Shown: piece after piece, positions 15,385-27,047 of the stretch
Numbering within the stretch: the first letter of the stretch is position 1
How the letters are laid out: each line of letters starts with the position of its first letter
Assembly (NCBI RefSeq): GCF_009914755.1
Contig: NC_060937.1
Reading direction: 5' to 3' (one strand)
Source: the human T2T-CHM13v2.0 reference genome, Homo sapiens
DNA: 64,000 bases
The notes under the pieces: model-generated
Seen by the model: only the letters and a program-made list of their open reading frames with translations
Told to the model about the DNA's origin: nothing
Database searches by the model: none
Position numbers and translations under genes: made by a program

Positions 15385-16202
15385 TGATATGGTTTGGCTG
15401 TGTCCCCACCCAAATCTCATCTTGAATTCCCACGTGTTGTGGGAGGGACCCAGTGGGAGGTGACTGAATCATGAGGGCAGGTCTTTCCCCTGCTGTTCTC
15501 GTGATTGTTATGCATACATCTAAGTGAAGAGACAACCTGAACAGGCTAAGTGTGAGCAACATGGCTGTTTATTCACTCGGGTGTGAGCGGGCTGAGTCCA
15601 AAAAGAGAGTCAGCGAAGGGTGGTGGGAGTGGAACTGGTTTTATGGGTTTGGGGTAGATAGTGGAAAGTTACAGTTAGGGACAGTTTTTTCGGGCAGGGG
15701 AAGAATGTCACAAGGTGCATAGTCACGAGGTGGGGGAGGTCACAATGCACCATATCACGAGGTCAATTGATTAGTTGGGGCAGGGCAGGAACACACCAGA
15801 ATGGTGGAATGTTGCAAAGTCGGTTAATCAGTTAAGGCAGGAACTAGCTGTTTCTTCTTCTTGAGTGGTTCCTGCTGCTCCAGGCTTTGTGACTCCAGGA
15901 GGCCTGTACATGTGAGTCACAGGGGTCACAATGGCTCAACCATAGTGCAGCCTGTTCAGAGGACCTTACAGTGATAGTGAATGAGTCTCACGAAACCTGT
16001 TGGTTTTATAAGTATCCATGCACAATCTCTCTCTTTGCCTGCTGACCTCCATGTAAGACATGACTTGCTTCTCCTTGCTTTCCACCATGACTGTGAGGCC
16101 TCTCCAGCCATGTGGAACTGTGACTCCATTAAAACTCTTTCTTTTGTAAATTGCCCAGTCTCGGGTATGTCTTTATCAGTAGTGTGAAAACGGACTAATA
16201 CA
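15385..16202 (+). mobile_element. THE1 (THE1B-like) solo LTR, interrupted by another LTR
   Basis: Starts tgatatggtttggctgtgtccccacccaaatctc, ends ggactaataca; TSD taccc / caccc. Confidence 0.92.
15506..15970 (-). mobile_element. HERV-H/F-group solo LTR (LTR7/LTR21/MER48-like)
   Basis: TG..CA ends; perfect 5-bp TSD gtgat (15501-15505 / 15971-15975); LTR7-like R-U5 'gtgtgagcaacatggctgtttatt..gggctgagtcc.aaaagagagtcagcgaaggg'. Confidence 0.85.
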
Positions 16203-16710
16203 CACCCTCATCACACCAAGGTTACCAACCCGACTAAAATGATGGGGACCTGTTCATAGTCCCACCTGTACAGCCCCGCACTAAAGTGAAAACAGTAACA
16301 GATCTGCTTCAGGGAAGAATCCCACTCCTGAGGTTATCCTGTTTCCAGTTAGGGATTTGCTTTCTGCAAATACTGTTTTCGCTGGGGATCATTTAGCCCT
16401 AAGTATTGTAAGAGAGCGTGTATGATGCATGGTCCTGAGCCCAAACATGCTGGACTAAAGGGAGGGGAAAAAGAATAGTAATGAGATTCAACTGAGGGGC
16501 ATGGATGGTCAGCCCCAGTAAACCCCAGCGAGTGTTTTTTCTTGGCACCTCATTATTTTCTCCTGGAAAAGATTCATGCTGCCTGCTGCTGCCTGCCCTG
16601 TCCCATCGGGGTTAAGGAGATAACACTGACCAAGTGTCCAGGTTTGATGTCAAAGATAACTCTGTTAACATTTGAGGAATGGCCAACAGTTTTCCAAATG
16701 GCTGTACCAT

Positions 16711-17278
16711 TTTTTTCTTTTGAGACAGGGTTTCACTCTGTCACTGTATAGCAGATCCACCTGACAGCAGTCACTTAAGAAATGAGAGCTGCGACATGGA
16801 GGTTGCTGGCACTGAGGGTGCTAAATGAAAATGCCATATAAAGTCCATGCTTCTTACAAGTGGTTGCTGTTCTCCTGTCCAGCCTGCCAACACAGAACTG
16901 CCCTGTGAGTACGTTCCCTCAAATAAACCCTACGTTTTGTGCACTGGCTCTGGTTCTCTTCTTCAGCCTCTTCAACTTCGTGCCATCCCTACTGAAGTTA
17001 ATAGGAATCGTCAAGACTGTTGCCCAGGCTGGAGTACAGTGGTGCAGTCATGGCTGACTACAGCCTTGAACTCCTGGACTCAAGAGATCCTCCTGCCTCA
17101 GCCTCTTAAATAGCTAGGACTACAGTTGCACACCACCACACCTACCTATTTTTTTTTTTTAAGAGACAGAGTCATGCTATGTTGCCCAGTCTGCCCTTAA
17201 ACTCTTAGCCTCAAGCAATCCTTCTGCCTCAGCCTCCCAAAGTGCTGGGATTACAGGCGTGAGCCACTGCACCCAGCC
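16711..17278 (-). mobile_element. AluJ, split by LTR47
   Basis: TSD tggctgtaccattt / tggctgcaccattt. Confidence 0.9.
16745..17018 (+). mobile_element. ERVL LTR, LTR47-like, internally deleted
   Basis: 'ccacctgacagca..gagggtgctaaatgaaaatgccatataaag..ttctcctgtccagcc..aataaa..ccctactgaagttaatagg'; TSD gtcac / gttgc. Confidence 0.7.
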
Positions 17279-17447
17279 TGGCTGCACCATTTTCTATTCC
17301 CACCAGCTGTAAATGAGGGTTCTGATTTCTCCACATCCTCACCAGCCCTTATTACTCTGCACTGGAGAGCAGAAGCCTCATGATGTCCTCCAAGCAACCA
17401 TTTACAAAAGCTTTCAGCTGTTGGCTGACAACAATGGAGACCAGAAA

Positions 17448-17890
17448 ATGAGTTGTACAATGAAGAAGATCTTTGCTGATGCCAAAACTCTTGTTGAAAT
17501 ATCAAAAGACCATGACAATGCAGAAAAAGTCTCTTTATGAGCAAACCGCAGCTTTCCAGAGCAATTCAAGTTATCAGCTTTGGGATTCATAATGAGCAAG
17601 TACTGAGAACAAATGTTGAGGGCTGAAGAGTTAGCTAAAAAGAAGGCTGACCTTGGTAGAATCATGAAATTTAACAAACAACATTCCAAGGTATTACAAG
17701 CCCACGTTGACCTGATAACTGAAATAGCAGCAGTAATGAGGAAAGCCACTGAGATTGGTGAGCATCAAGGTTGCATGAGATAGGAAGAAAAGATTTCAGC
17801 TTAAACAGAAAATCAATGATTTGAGAGAAATCCTTCAAATAATGGAAAATCATGATCTCAATCAGCCCACATAAATGATGCTCTCAAAAG
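17448..17890 (+). pseudogene. Processed pseudogene derived from FGFR1OP2 (SIKE family)
   Basis: Translates MSCTMKKIFADAKTLVEISKDHDNA-(frameshift)-SLYEQTAAF ... SALGFIMSKY*EQMLR ... KQHSKVLQAHVDLITEIAAVMRKATEIGEHQGC ... LREILQI, versus recalled FGFR1OP2 [36 protein letters not shown] ... SALELIMSKYREQMFR ... EQHSK / ELQAHVDQITEMAAVMRKAIEIDEQQGC ... LREILQI. Intronless, with stops and frameshifts. Confidence 0.92.
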
Positions 17891-19061
17891 CTGGTTTTTG
17901 AAAATGCGTAAACAATGGTCATAGGATTTATTCTTATTAAAAGATCATTTAAAAATAATTTAGTAGGTGAGTAGATGAGAAGCTATCATAACGGCATCAT
18001 CACAGGATACCTTCATTGGAGAAATGTCTGCTCATATACTTTGCCCATTTTTAAAGTGGCATATGATTTTAAAGTAATTTTAAAGACACCGATTCTGTTA
18101 TTCCACTCGTTAATTGATTGAGTCGGCCAGTCCAGGCACCTTTTGGAGCCGTGTCACAGAAGTTTCCAGCTCTTCTCAGGCCCAGATCACTTGAGAAAAA
18201 AAAAAATCTTCTTGTTACTAAGTTGTAAGCATTCTTTACATATTCTAGACCCAAATCCCTTATCGGGTGGGTGATTTGCAAATCTTTTCTCTGAGTCTGT
18301 GGCTTGTCTTTTCACTTTCTTCATGATATGGTTTCAAGTGGAAATGTTTTTAATTTTGATGAAGTGCAATTTGTCTACTTATTTTGTTGCTTATATGTTT
18401 GGTGTTATAGTTAAGACTGACCTAGGATCATTGAGATTTACCTTTATGTTTTATAGTTTTAACTCACACCTTTGGGTCTATGACCTATTTGAGTTAATTT
18501 TGTATATGCCATGAGATAAGGATCTAACTTCATTCTTTTGCATGTGAATATCCAGTTGTTTGAAAAAACTATGCTTTCCTCATTGGATTGTCTTGACATC
18601 TTTGTCAAAAATAAATTTCCTGTAAATTTCCAGGATTTATTTTTGAACCTCCGATTCTAGTCCATTGATAGCTTTATCCTACGCTAATACTACATTGTCT
18701 TGATTACTGTAGCTTTATAGTAAGTTTTGAAATCAGGAAGTTTAAGTCCTTTAACTTTGTTCTTCCTTTCAAGATTGTTTCAGCTCTTCAGGGTCCATAT
18801 GAATTTTAGGATCAGCTTGGCAATTTCTGCAGGAATAACCAGCTAGAATTTTGAATCTGTAGATCAATTTGGAGAATATTGCCATTTTAACAGTAGTAAG
18901 TCTCAGCATCCCAGCTCTGGTAGATTCATTTAATTACATCTATTTATCATCAGTCACCAACTACCTCAAGGAAGGACACAGAACTGAAATCCACAGTTTT
19001 TACTTTCTCTAAATTTAGGTTGCAGCACCAGAAAATGCAAAGGTATCATTGGATAACATAA

Positions 19062-19558
<497 letters not shown>

Positions 19559-22178
19559 TAGTTTTCAGTATGAAAACCTGTTTATACAGACATGCTCTGG
19601 CTGTCCTCAGTGGCAGACAATGGAAAATCACTGGAACCCTAGTAGGACAATGTCAAAGATCAAAGTGTGTCTATTTTAATTTTTTCTCTAGGCACTGTGA
19701 TGCTTGTTACTAGTCTGTTACAGGTCAATGTTTGTGGCTCCAAGGAGAAAATTGTTTTCCCTGGAAACTCATTGGCCCTGGACATAAATGGAAGCTTGCT
19801 GGAATGAGGCAGATGACTCTAACAGAGGTTGGGAGCATGAGTCCATTTGCTAACTGCACTTTGAGGAGCCAGGGAGGTGGTGGGAACTGGCACATAGCAG
19901 AGTCGGAGATCATTGCTCTTTCCTTTGCCTTAGTGAAACAAGACTCTGAGATACAGAAGGTGCACATTTGGTTTAATTTGCTAGAGCCACAGTTACTAAC
20001 AAACACCATCGGGAGGTGCTGATTTGTGTCTTGACCTTGCCAATGTTGGCTCACACAATCATAGACTCTCCTCCCTCGAACACTTCCTTCCCAAAAGTAA
20101 ACCATGTTAGAATTCTTAGAATGGCAACTTCCTACCTGGGCTTTGCCCTGGGAGCCCTTGTATCCTTCCATTTCTTAGCCAGGAAGCCCTGGGGCAACGC
20201 TGCCTGTTGGAGAGAAGCCCCCCTCTATGATCCAAGGGGAGAGCTTGGCAAAGAGGCAGCAAGATGGTGAATTAATAAAGCACTGTAGGCCATGTGTGTG
20301 GCCTTTAGAAGGAAGAGAACAGAGCCTCTCAGGGGCAGAGTCTGGGTTCCTTTGTTAAAGATTCTTGGTTCTGCTCCAATCTGAGCAGATTCTAGTCTCA
20401 GTCTGAGCTGAATGTTTGGGATCCAGCCACAGACATCTTCTTGAGTATTTTTAAATGTTCTAACCCATCACAGTGACCAGATATGTTGCCAACATAGCGA
20501 TAGACGACACACGGTGGTTACTTTCTTTTGCTCTCTGAAAGCAGAATCTAGGAAGAAAGGCTAATCTGGTCAGTGGAGGTTTGGGGGTCAGAAGGCTGGG
20601 GTCTGTCTGCCCATTGCCACCTCAGTTCTACCCATGGCAGCTCAACTACAGTTTCCAAGGAGGGAGCAGCAGCCTCCTGAGGAACCACAGACCCTCCAAA
20701 GTTGGCAGGGGTTAGGTGGGCAGGCCTCCCAACAGGGGTGGGAAGTGGAATGATTTCTAAAAGGAGATCACTTTGAAATTTTACTAGAGTAGAAATATCG
20801 ATAATAAATACCCTTTCAGCTGCCAACCTATAATCTGAGCATTAATTGAATCAACTTCCATTTTAATTTCCACCTTGGTTTTCATAAAACCAATCGTTAT
20901 TTAGAAAGGACCAGATTATTCAATAAATAGTGAGCAATTTGCAGGCACTGAGTAAGAGTGAGGAACAAGAGGAGTAGTCACAGCCCTTGGGAGCTGACAT
21001 TTGTCTAAGGTAGAGAGGCACTAAAAAACAGAAATGAATAAGGAATGTAAGTTTAGGTGGAGATATAAGAACAGAGGCAGAGGTAGGAAGTCAAGAGCAC
21101 CACAGCCAGAATGGTGAAACTAGAAGGGGAAGAACTTGTCTTTACTGAGATCCTCTATTGAGGTGACTTATGTGGACTATGTCATTAAGTCCCTGTGGAG
21201 GATGTATTCATGTCCTCGGAGTACACACAGCAGAACTGAAGCCCTGAGAGGCCAGGGTAGCTGCCCAGTACATTCAGGGTCAGGGGACTCCGAAGCCTGT
21301 GTTCTTCCCACAATCCTCCCTCTCAACACCTCTCTCTAGCCCCTTTATTCTATAGGCGGTCCCTGAATGAGCTTGTGGGAAGCAGAAACCCAGAGACCTC
21401 CACAGTGCTGTGTGTGGGGAAGCCTTCTCTGTGTATGTCTTCAATGTGGAAGGAATTGCATGAAGATGGGCTGAAAACCCAGGTTCCAAAGGGAAGTGAG
21501 GGAGTAAGACCTTGTCCCAAGGTCATGGTCCCAGGGAGAAGCCCTGCCTGGGTTCTTCAATCCTAGTGGATGACATTCCTAGCCAAGGAGTTCATGAAAT
21601 TTTTCTCCAGGTGAAGCTCACCCCCTTGGCCTCCCTGCCAGACAGTGGTTCGCAGCCTCCCAGCCGCCACCATCACACTCTGTGAGCTGCTGCTATTTTT
21701 AAACCCCTCTTTTCTGTGCCCTTTTCATCTGACAGGTGAAGAATTGCCATCATTTTAGCACTGAATAACATTCATTATGCGTTATCTGTGATGAAAGACC
21801 TTATTTACTACCTGGGTACTCCCTCCTCCGAAACCACGCTGAGGTGACCTTTTTAATACCAAGAAGGAATCAGTGCTGTTTTGTACTTGTAGACACATAC
21901 AAATCAATGAAGAATGGGTCTCTATGTTTAGTGGGAGGGAAGGGCTCTGCTGGGGCCATTTTTGAAGCCATTCCACAGTTTGGGGCCGTGGATCAGTGCA
22001 CAAGAAAGAAACAGCTTTCAAAATTATCTGAGCCTGTCACATTAGCAGCCTAGATTGCCCTCAGCATCTTGAATACAGTTGTCAAGCACAGGCAGTGACT
22101 TTGCAGGTCAATAAATGCTATTTAGCTTCATGTGCAAAGTTTATTAATTGACTTGTGCAGAAGAAAGTCACATCCCCT

Positions 22179-22476
22179 GGCCGGGAGCAGTGGCTCACAC
22201 CTACAATCCCAGCACTTTGGGAGGCAGAGGCAGGAGGATTGCTTGAGGCCAGGAGCTCAAGACCAGCCTGAGGAACATAGTGAGACCCCTGTCTCTGGAG
22301 ACATAAAAAAAATAAAAATTAGCAGAGTGTGGTGGCTTGCACCTGTAGTCCCAGCTATGTGGGGGAATCACTTGAGCCCAGAAGGTTGAGGCTGCACTGA
22401 GCTATGATCTCACCACTGTACTCCAGCCTGGACAAGAGAGTGAGACTCTGTCTCTTAAAAAAAAAATAAGAAAAAA
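22179..22476 (+). mobile_element. AluJ
   Basis: 'gaggattgcttgaggccaggag'; TSD aagaaagtcacatccc / aagaaagttccatccc. Confidence 0.92.
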
Positions 22477-23650
22477 AGAAAGTTCCATCCCTGAGAGGTC
22501 TCCAGCCTCCAGCATGTGCATATTTAACACTATACATTTGAGGAGTTTCCTCGTGCCCATCACTAGCATGGCACAAACCCAGCTACCATCCGGTAAGCAT
22601 GTGTGAAAGCTTCAAGAGCTCCTGTAACCAAGACAGAGGGAAGATGCCCACCAGGGAACCAACAGTGCTCTGTGACCAGCGTGGGCAGCCCTGGAGGAGC
22701 CCTTGCTGCAGTCACCTGGGGGCTGATTTGAACACTGGGCCCCACTGCCAAGTCTAGTCTTTCATTAGTTCTCCTTGCTGCTCCAGGTCTCCTCTCTACA
22801 GCCCAGGACTCACTTCCATACAAATAAATGGCTGACATCAGCTTTCATCTATCCCAGAGCCCAGGAGCACTTGTCTGGTGCTTGGTAGAGCAGCCTGCAC
22901 TTCCAATAGAGAAGTCTACTCCGAGGCATGGGGTCACAGCAGGGCATGGTAAGGAGTGGTCCCTGAAGCTGTGACTACTCTCCTGCCTGGGGACAAATAC
23001 AGCTGTGGAGGAGGCTCCGTCCAAGAGGACCCAAACCTGGGGATGTTCCGACTCTGCCTCTTCTCTTCAGCCTGATCTTGCATCTCAAAATAGCACTCTC
23101 ATCTGTCGGCTTCCCAGGCTTGATCTAACAATGCAGAAACAGATTTGAACTTCACACACTGTGCTTTTGTGTTTGCCAGCTTTGGAAATAGTACAGGCGG
23201 GAAACAGCTAGCAGAAAGAGGCCCAGTTCTTCCATAATCCATGTTTGGTCTCAGCTTCCATGCTAGCCCTTCCCTTCTCACAGATGACCCTGACAGGGAC
23301 GTGGCTGCCTTCATCCTCCATGTGCCAGGGGCCATGGTGAGTGCTGTGGACTGAGAAAGCCTGTTGGGGAGCGCGATGCTGCCTGCTCAGCCCTGCAGCG
23401 AGTGGTGAGGGAGAGAGGTGGCTGCCCTGTGAACGCCCTGGGAACCCTGAACCGAATTGAGGGCCCAGGGTCCCAGCACAGAGCCAACTGGAGGACTGCA
23501 AACACACTAGCAGGTGTGCATAGCACAGAAAAAAGCAAATGGCAAACCATAACTCACCAGGGTGAAACAAAATGCACCACCTTCATCCTTTCAGCAGACA
23601 ATGCCCTATAAGGTGCGGGATCGTTTGCCATGGTGTGAAGGTCAAACCTA

Positions 23651-24070
<420 letters not shown>

Positions 24071-24539
24071 GAATTGTTTGCACCTGCTGTGTAAAACACT
24101 AATGTGATTATTTCTATTTCCGTATCCAGAAATAAAACCCCAGTATTAATAAATATCTGTCCATTAAGAGTTTTCTTCTAATAACATAACCCCCAAGGTC
24201 CTGTTGCTTGTTGCTATGCATTTAGGTGCAAACATCTCCTGCTGGCAGGTGTGCCCGGGCCGTGCAAATGAGCCATGGTCCTGTGTGTTCTCCTGCTGTC
24301 TGAACACGCTGCTGTCTCCAAGGCTGTAACTATTACACTATCAGGATTCTGGGGCTGTTGGTCTCATGGCAGCATCAGCAGCCTATAGGAGAGGGCAAGA
24401 AGACACGCTGAGCCCTGCATTGTTTTATGGAGGGAAACTGTTCCTGCATCCTTCTGCTTCATTCCGTGGATACTGCCTGCCCTGCTTCTATGGTCCATGT
24501 CCGGGAATGGGTTAGCACTGGGCATTTGCCCATTTGACT

Positions 24540-24980
24540 ATAGCAGTAACAGCCAATATTTATAGAGCTCTTATTACTGTTAGTGGCTTTATTAATTCAT
24601 TTAACCCTCAACACCATTTGTCTTTGTTTTTAGATATGGGATCTCACTCTATCACCCAGGCTGGCCACCACACTCGGCTATTTTTTTTTTTTTTTTTTTT
24701 TAGAGACAGGATCTCACTATGTTGCCCAGACTAGTCTTGAACTCCTGGGCTCAAGCAATCATCCTGCCTCAGCCTTGCAAAGTGCTGGGATTACAGGTGT
24801 GGACCACTGTGCTTGGCCCCCTCAACATTATTTCACAGCTGTAATCATCACCTCCATTTTTCAGACAAGGAAACTGAGGTTTAACGAGGTCAGGCGACTT
24901 GTCCAAGGGCACCGTGATAAAAAGGGGTGGAGCTGGATAGGGCCAAGGCTGACCCCAAAGCCCACCACATCACCACTGCA
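24540..24980 (-). mobile_element. MIR interrupted by an internally deleted AluJ (24625-24818)
   Basis: MIR core 'cattttcagacaaggaaactgagg'; Alu TSD ccctcaacaccattt / ccctcaacattattt. Confidence 0.8.
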
Positions 24981-25194
24981 CCCTGGCTTTCTGGAGTTGG
25001 TGCAGAGAAGAGCAGGAAGTGCTTCTTGCTAATGTATAGGAAAGATGCTCATGAAGCCGTAAACCCTTACCTGGCCCATGGCCTCCTTCAAGGAATGTGA
25101 CCACAGGTGGTTTTTCTACTCCAAGCTGTTATGACATGTGCCGTGTGTCAATCAAAATGAGTTCTGCTCCCCTGACTGCAACGAATGGGCCACC

Positions 25195-25297
25195 AAGCTC
25201 TGTGAGGGCAGGACAGTGCCTCTTACCTGTTGGTGAAGCTCCAGTACTTAGCACATAGTAGGTGCTCAATAAATATCTGTTGAATTAATAAATGAAT
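25195..25297 (+). mobile_element. L2 3' end
   Basis: 'gcacatagtaggtgctcaataaatatctgttgaattaataaatgaat'. Confidence 0.8.
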
Positions 25298-25660
25298 CAG
25301 AAATTGGTGCCCATGCCTAAGGCAGCCAAGTCTGGATTATAAAAATGTAATGCGAACAGTCTCTGTTGTGGCCCAATGCAAAGCTTTACCTAACAGATGC
25401 TTTGAATTGGGTGGCAACAAACTGGCCTCATCAGATCTTTGGAAAGTATGGAGGCCATGAAAGCACACTCCATGAAGCCTGTCATGCATCCCAGTCTGGA
25501 AACCCAGAGGGACAGTGCAGCTCAGGAGCTGATGCCCTGTACCACTAGGTTCCCGGACTCTTCACTAAACCCCCAGCATCAAAGGTGAGCTGGGCCTTTC
25601 TCAGCCTACCATCCCCAGAACTTACCCCAATCTGTCAGGGAAAGTTTTTCAATTCCAGGT

Positions 25661-27047
25661 TGCTTTGATTTGAATATCTGAGTCCCTCCAGAATTCATAT
25701 GTTGAAATCTTGACCCCACGAGGTGATGGTGTTGAGAGGTGGACCCTTTGGGAGGTGATCAAGTCATAAAGGTAGAACCCTCATGCTTGGGATTAGTGCC
25801 GTCCCGGTAAGAAAGACTCTAGATAGCTCCGTTGCCCCTTCTGCCACATGAAGACACAGTGAGAAGATGAATAAGTGAAACAGAAATTGGTGCCCAAGCC
25901 TAAGGCAGACGAGTCTGGATTGTAAAAATACAATGCCAACAGTCTCTGTTGTGGCCCAAGGCAAAGCTTTACCAAATTCTTCTGTCAGTCAGAAAGCAGG
26001 CTCTCACCAGACTCTCAATCTGCCGGCACCTTGATCTTGAACTTCTCAGGCTCCAGAACTGAGCAATAAATTTCTGTCGTTTACGAACTCAAACAAATTT
26101 ACAAGAAAAAAACAAACAACCCCATCAAAAAGTGGGCGAAGGACAGGAACAGACACTTCTCAAAAGAAGACATTTATGCAGCCAAAAAACACATGAAAAA
26201 ATGCTCATCATCACTGGCCATCAGAGAAATGCAAATCAAAACCACTATGAGATATCATCTCACACCAGTTAGAATGGCAATCATTAAAAAGTCAGGAAAC
26301 AACAGGTGCTGGAGAGGATGTGGAGAAATAGGAACACTTTTACACTGTTGGTGGGACTGTAAACTAGTTCAACCATTGTGGAAGTCAGTGTGGCGATTCC
26401 TCAGGGATCTAGAACTAGAAATACCATTTGACCCAGCCATTCCATTACTGGGTATATACCCAAATGACTATAAATCACGCTGCTATAAAGACACATGCAC
26501 ACGTATGTTTATTGCGGCATTATTCACAATAGCAAAGACTTGGAACCAACCCAAATGTCCAACAATGATAGACTGGATTAAGAAAATGTGGCACATATAC
26601 ACCATGGAATACTATGCAGCCATAAAAAATGATGAGTTCATGTCCTTTGTAGGGACATGGATGAAATTGGAAACCATCATTCTCAGTAAACTATCGCAAG
26701 AACAAAAAACCAAACACCGCATATTCTCACTCATAGGTGGGAATTGAACAATGAGATCACATGGACACAGGAAGGGGAATATCACACTCTGGGGACTGTG
26801 GTGGGGTCGGGGGAGGGGGGAGGGATAGCATTGGGAGATATACCTAATGCTAGATGACACGTTAGTGGGTGCAGTGCACCAGCATGGCACATGTATACAT
26901 ATGTAACTAACCTGCACAATGTGCACATGTACCCTAAAACTTAAAGTATAATAAAAAAAAAAACATTAAAAAAAAAAAAAATTTCTGTCGTTTACGCCAC
27001 CCAGTCTAAGATCTTTTTTATTATAGCAGCCCGAACAGACTAAGATG
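25661..27047 (+). mobile_element. MLT1A0-like MaLR LTR carrying a 104-bp local copy and an L1HS insertion
   Basis: 'ctttgggaggtgat..gacacagtgagaag..ctcaccagac..ctccagaact..aataaatttctg..ttatagcagcccgaacagactaaga'. Confidence 0.88.
26086..26978 (+). mobile_element. 5'-truncated young L1 (L1HS, ACG/A type)
   Basis: Uninterrupted ORF2p C-terminus (26193-26747); ACG at 26859-26861; 'gagatcac', 'gaatatcac', 'actgtggtggggtcgggg'; A-tail; 18-bp TSD aaatttctgtcgtttacg (26068-26085 / 26979-26996). Confidence 0.95.

Larger units (their letters stand above)
16660..18905 (-). mobile_element. Old L1M (ORF2 3' part), host of several insertions
   Basis: Collinear pieces at 16660-16712, 17279-17357, 18008-18059 and 18207-18905 ('ttctccacatcctcaccag', 'ggagaaatgtctg', 'gattactgtagctttatagtaagttttgaaatcagg'). 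Confidence 0.85.

Noticed and set aside
18130-18151. SRHLLEP resembling SRHILEAP of the skipped FGFR1OP2 exon
   Set aside because: Too short, out of order, and the codons do not match the exon as I recall it; likely coincidence.
26193-26747. 184-aa ORF as a gene
   Set aside because: C-terminus of L1 ORF2p in a 5'-truncated, promoterless L1.
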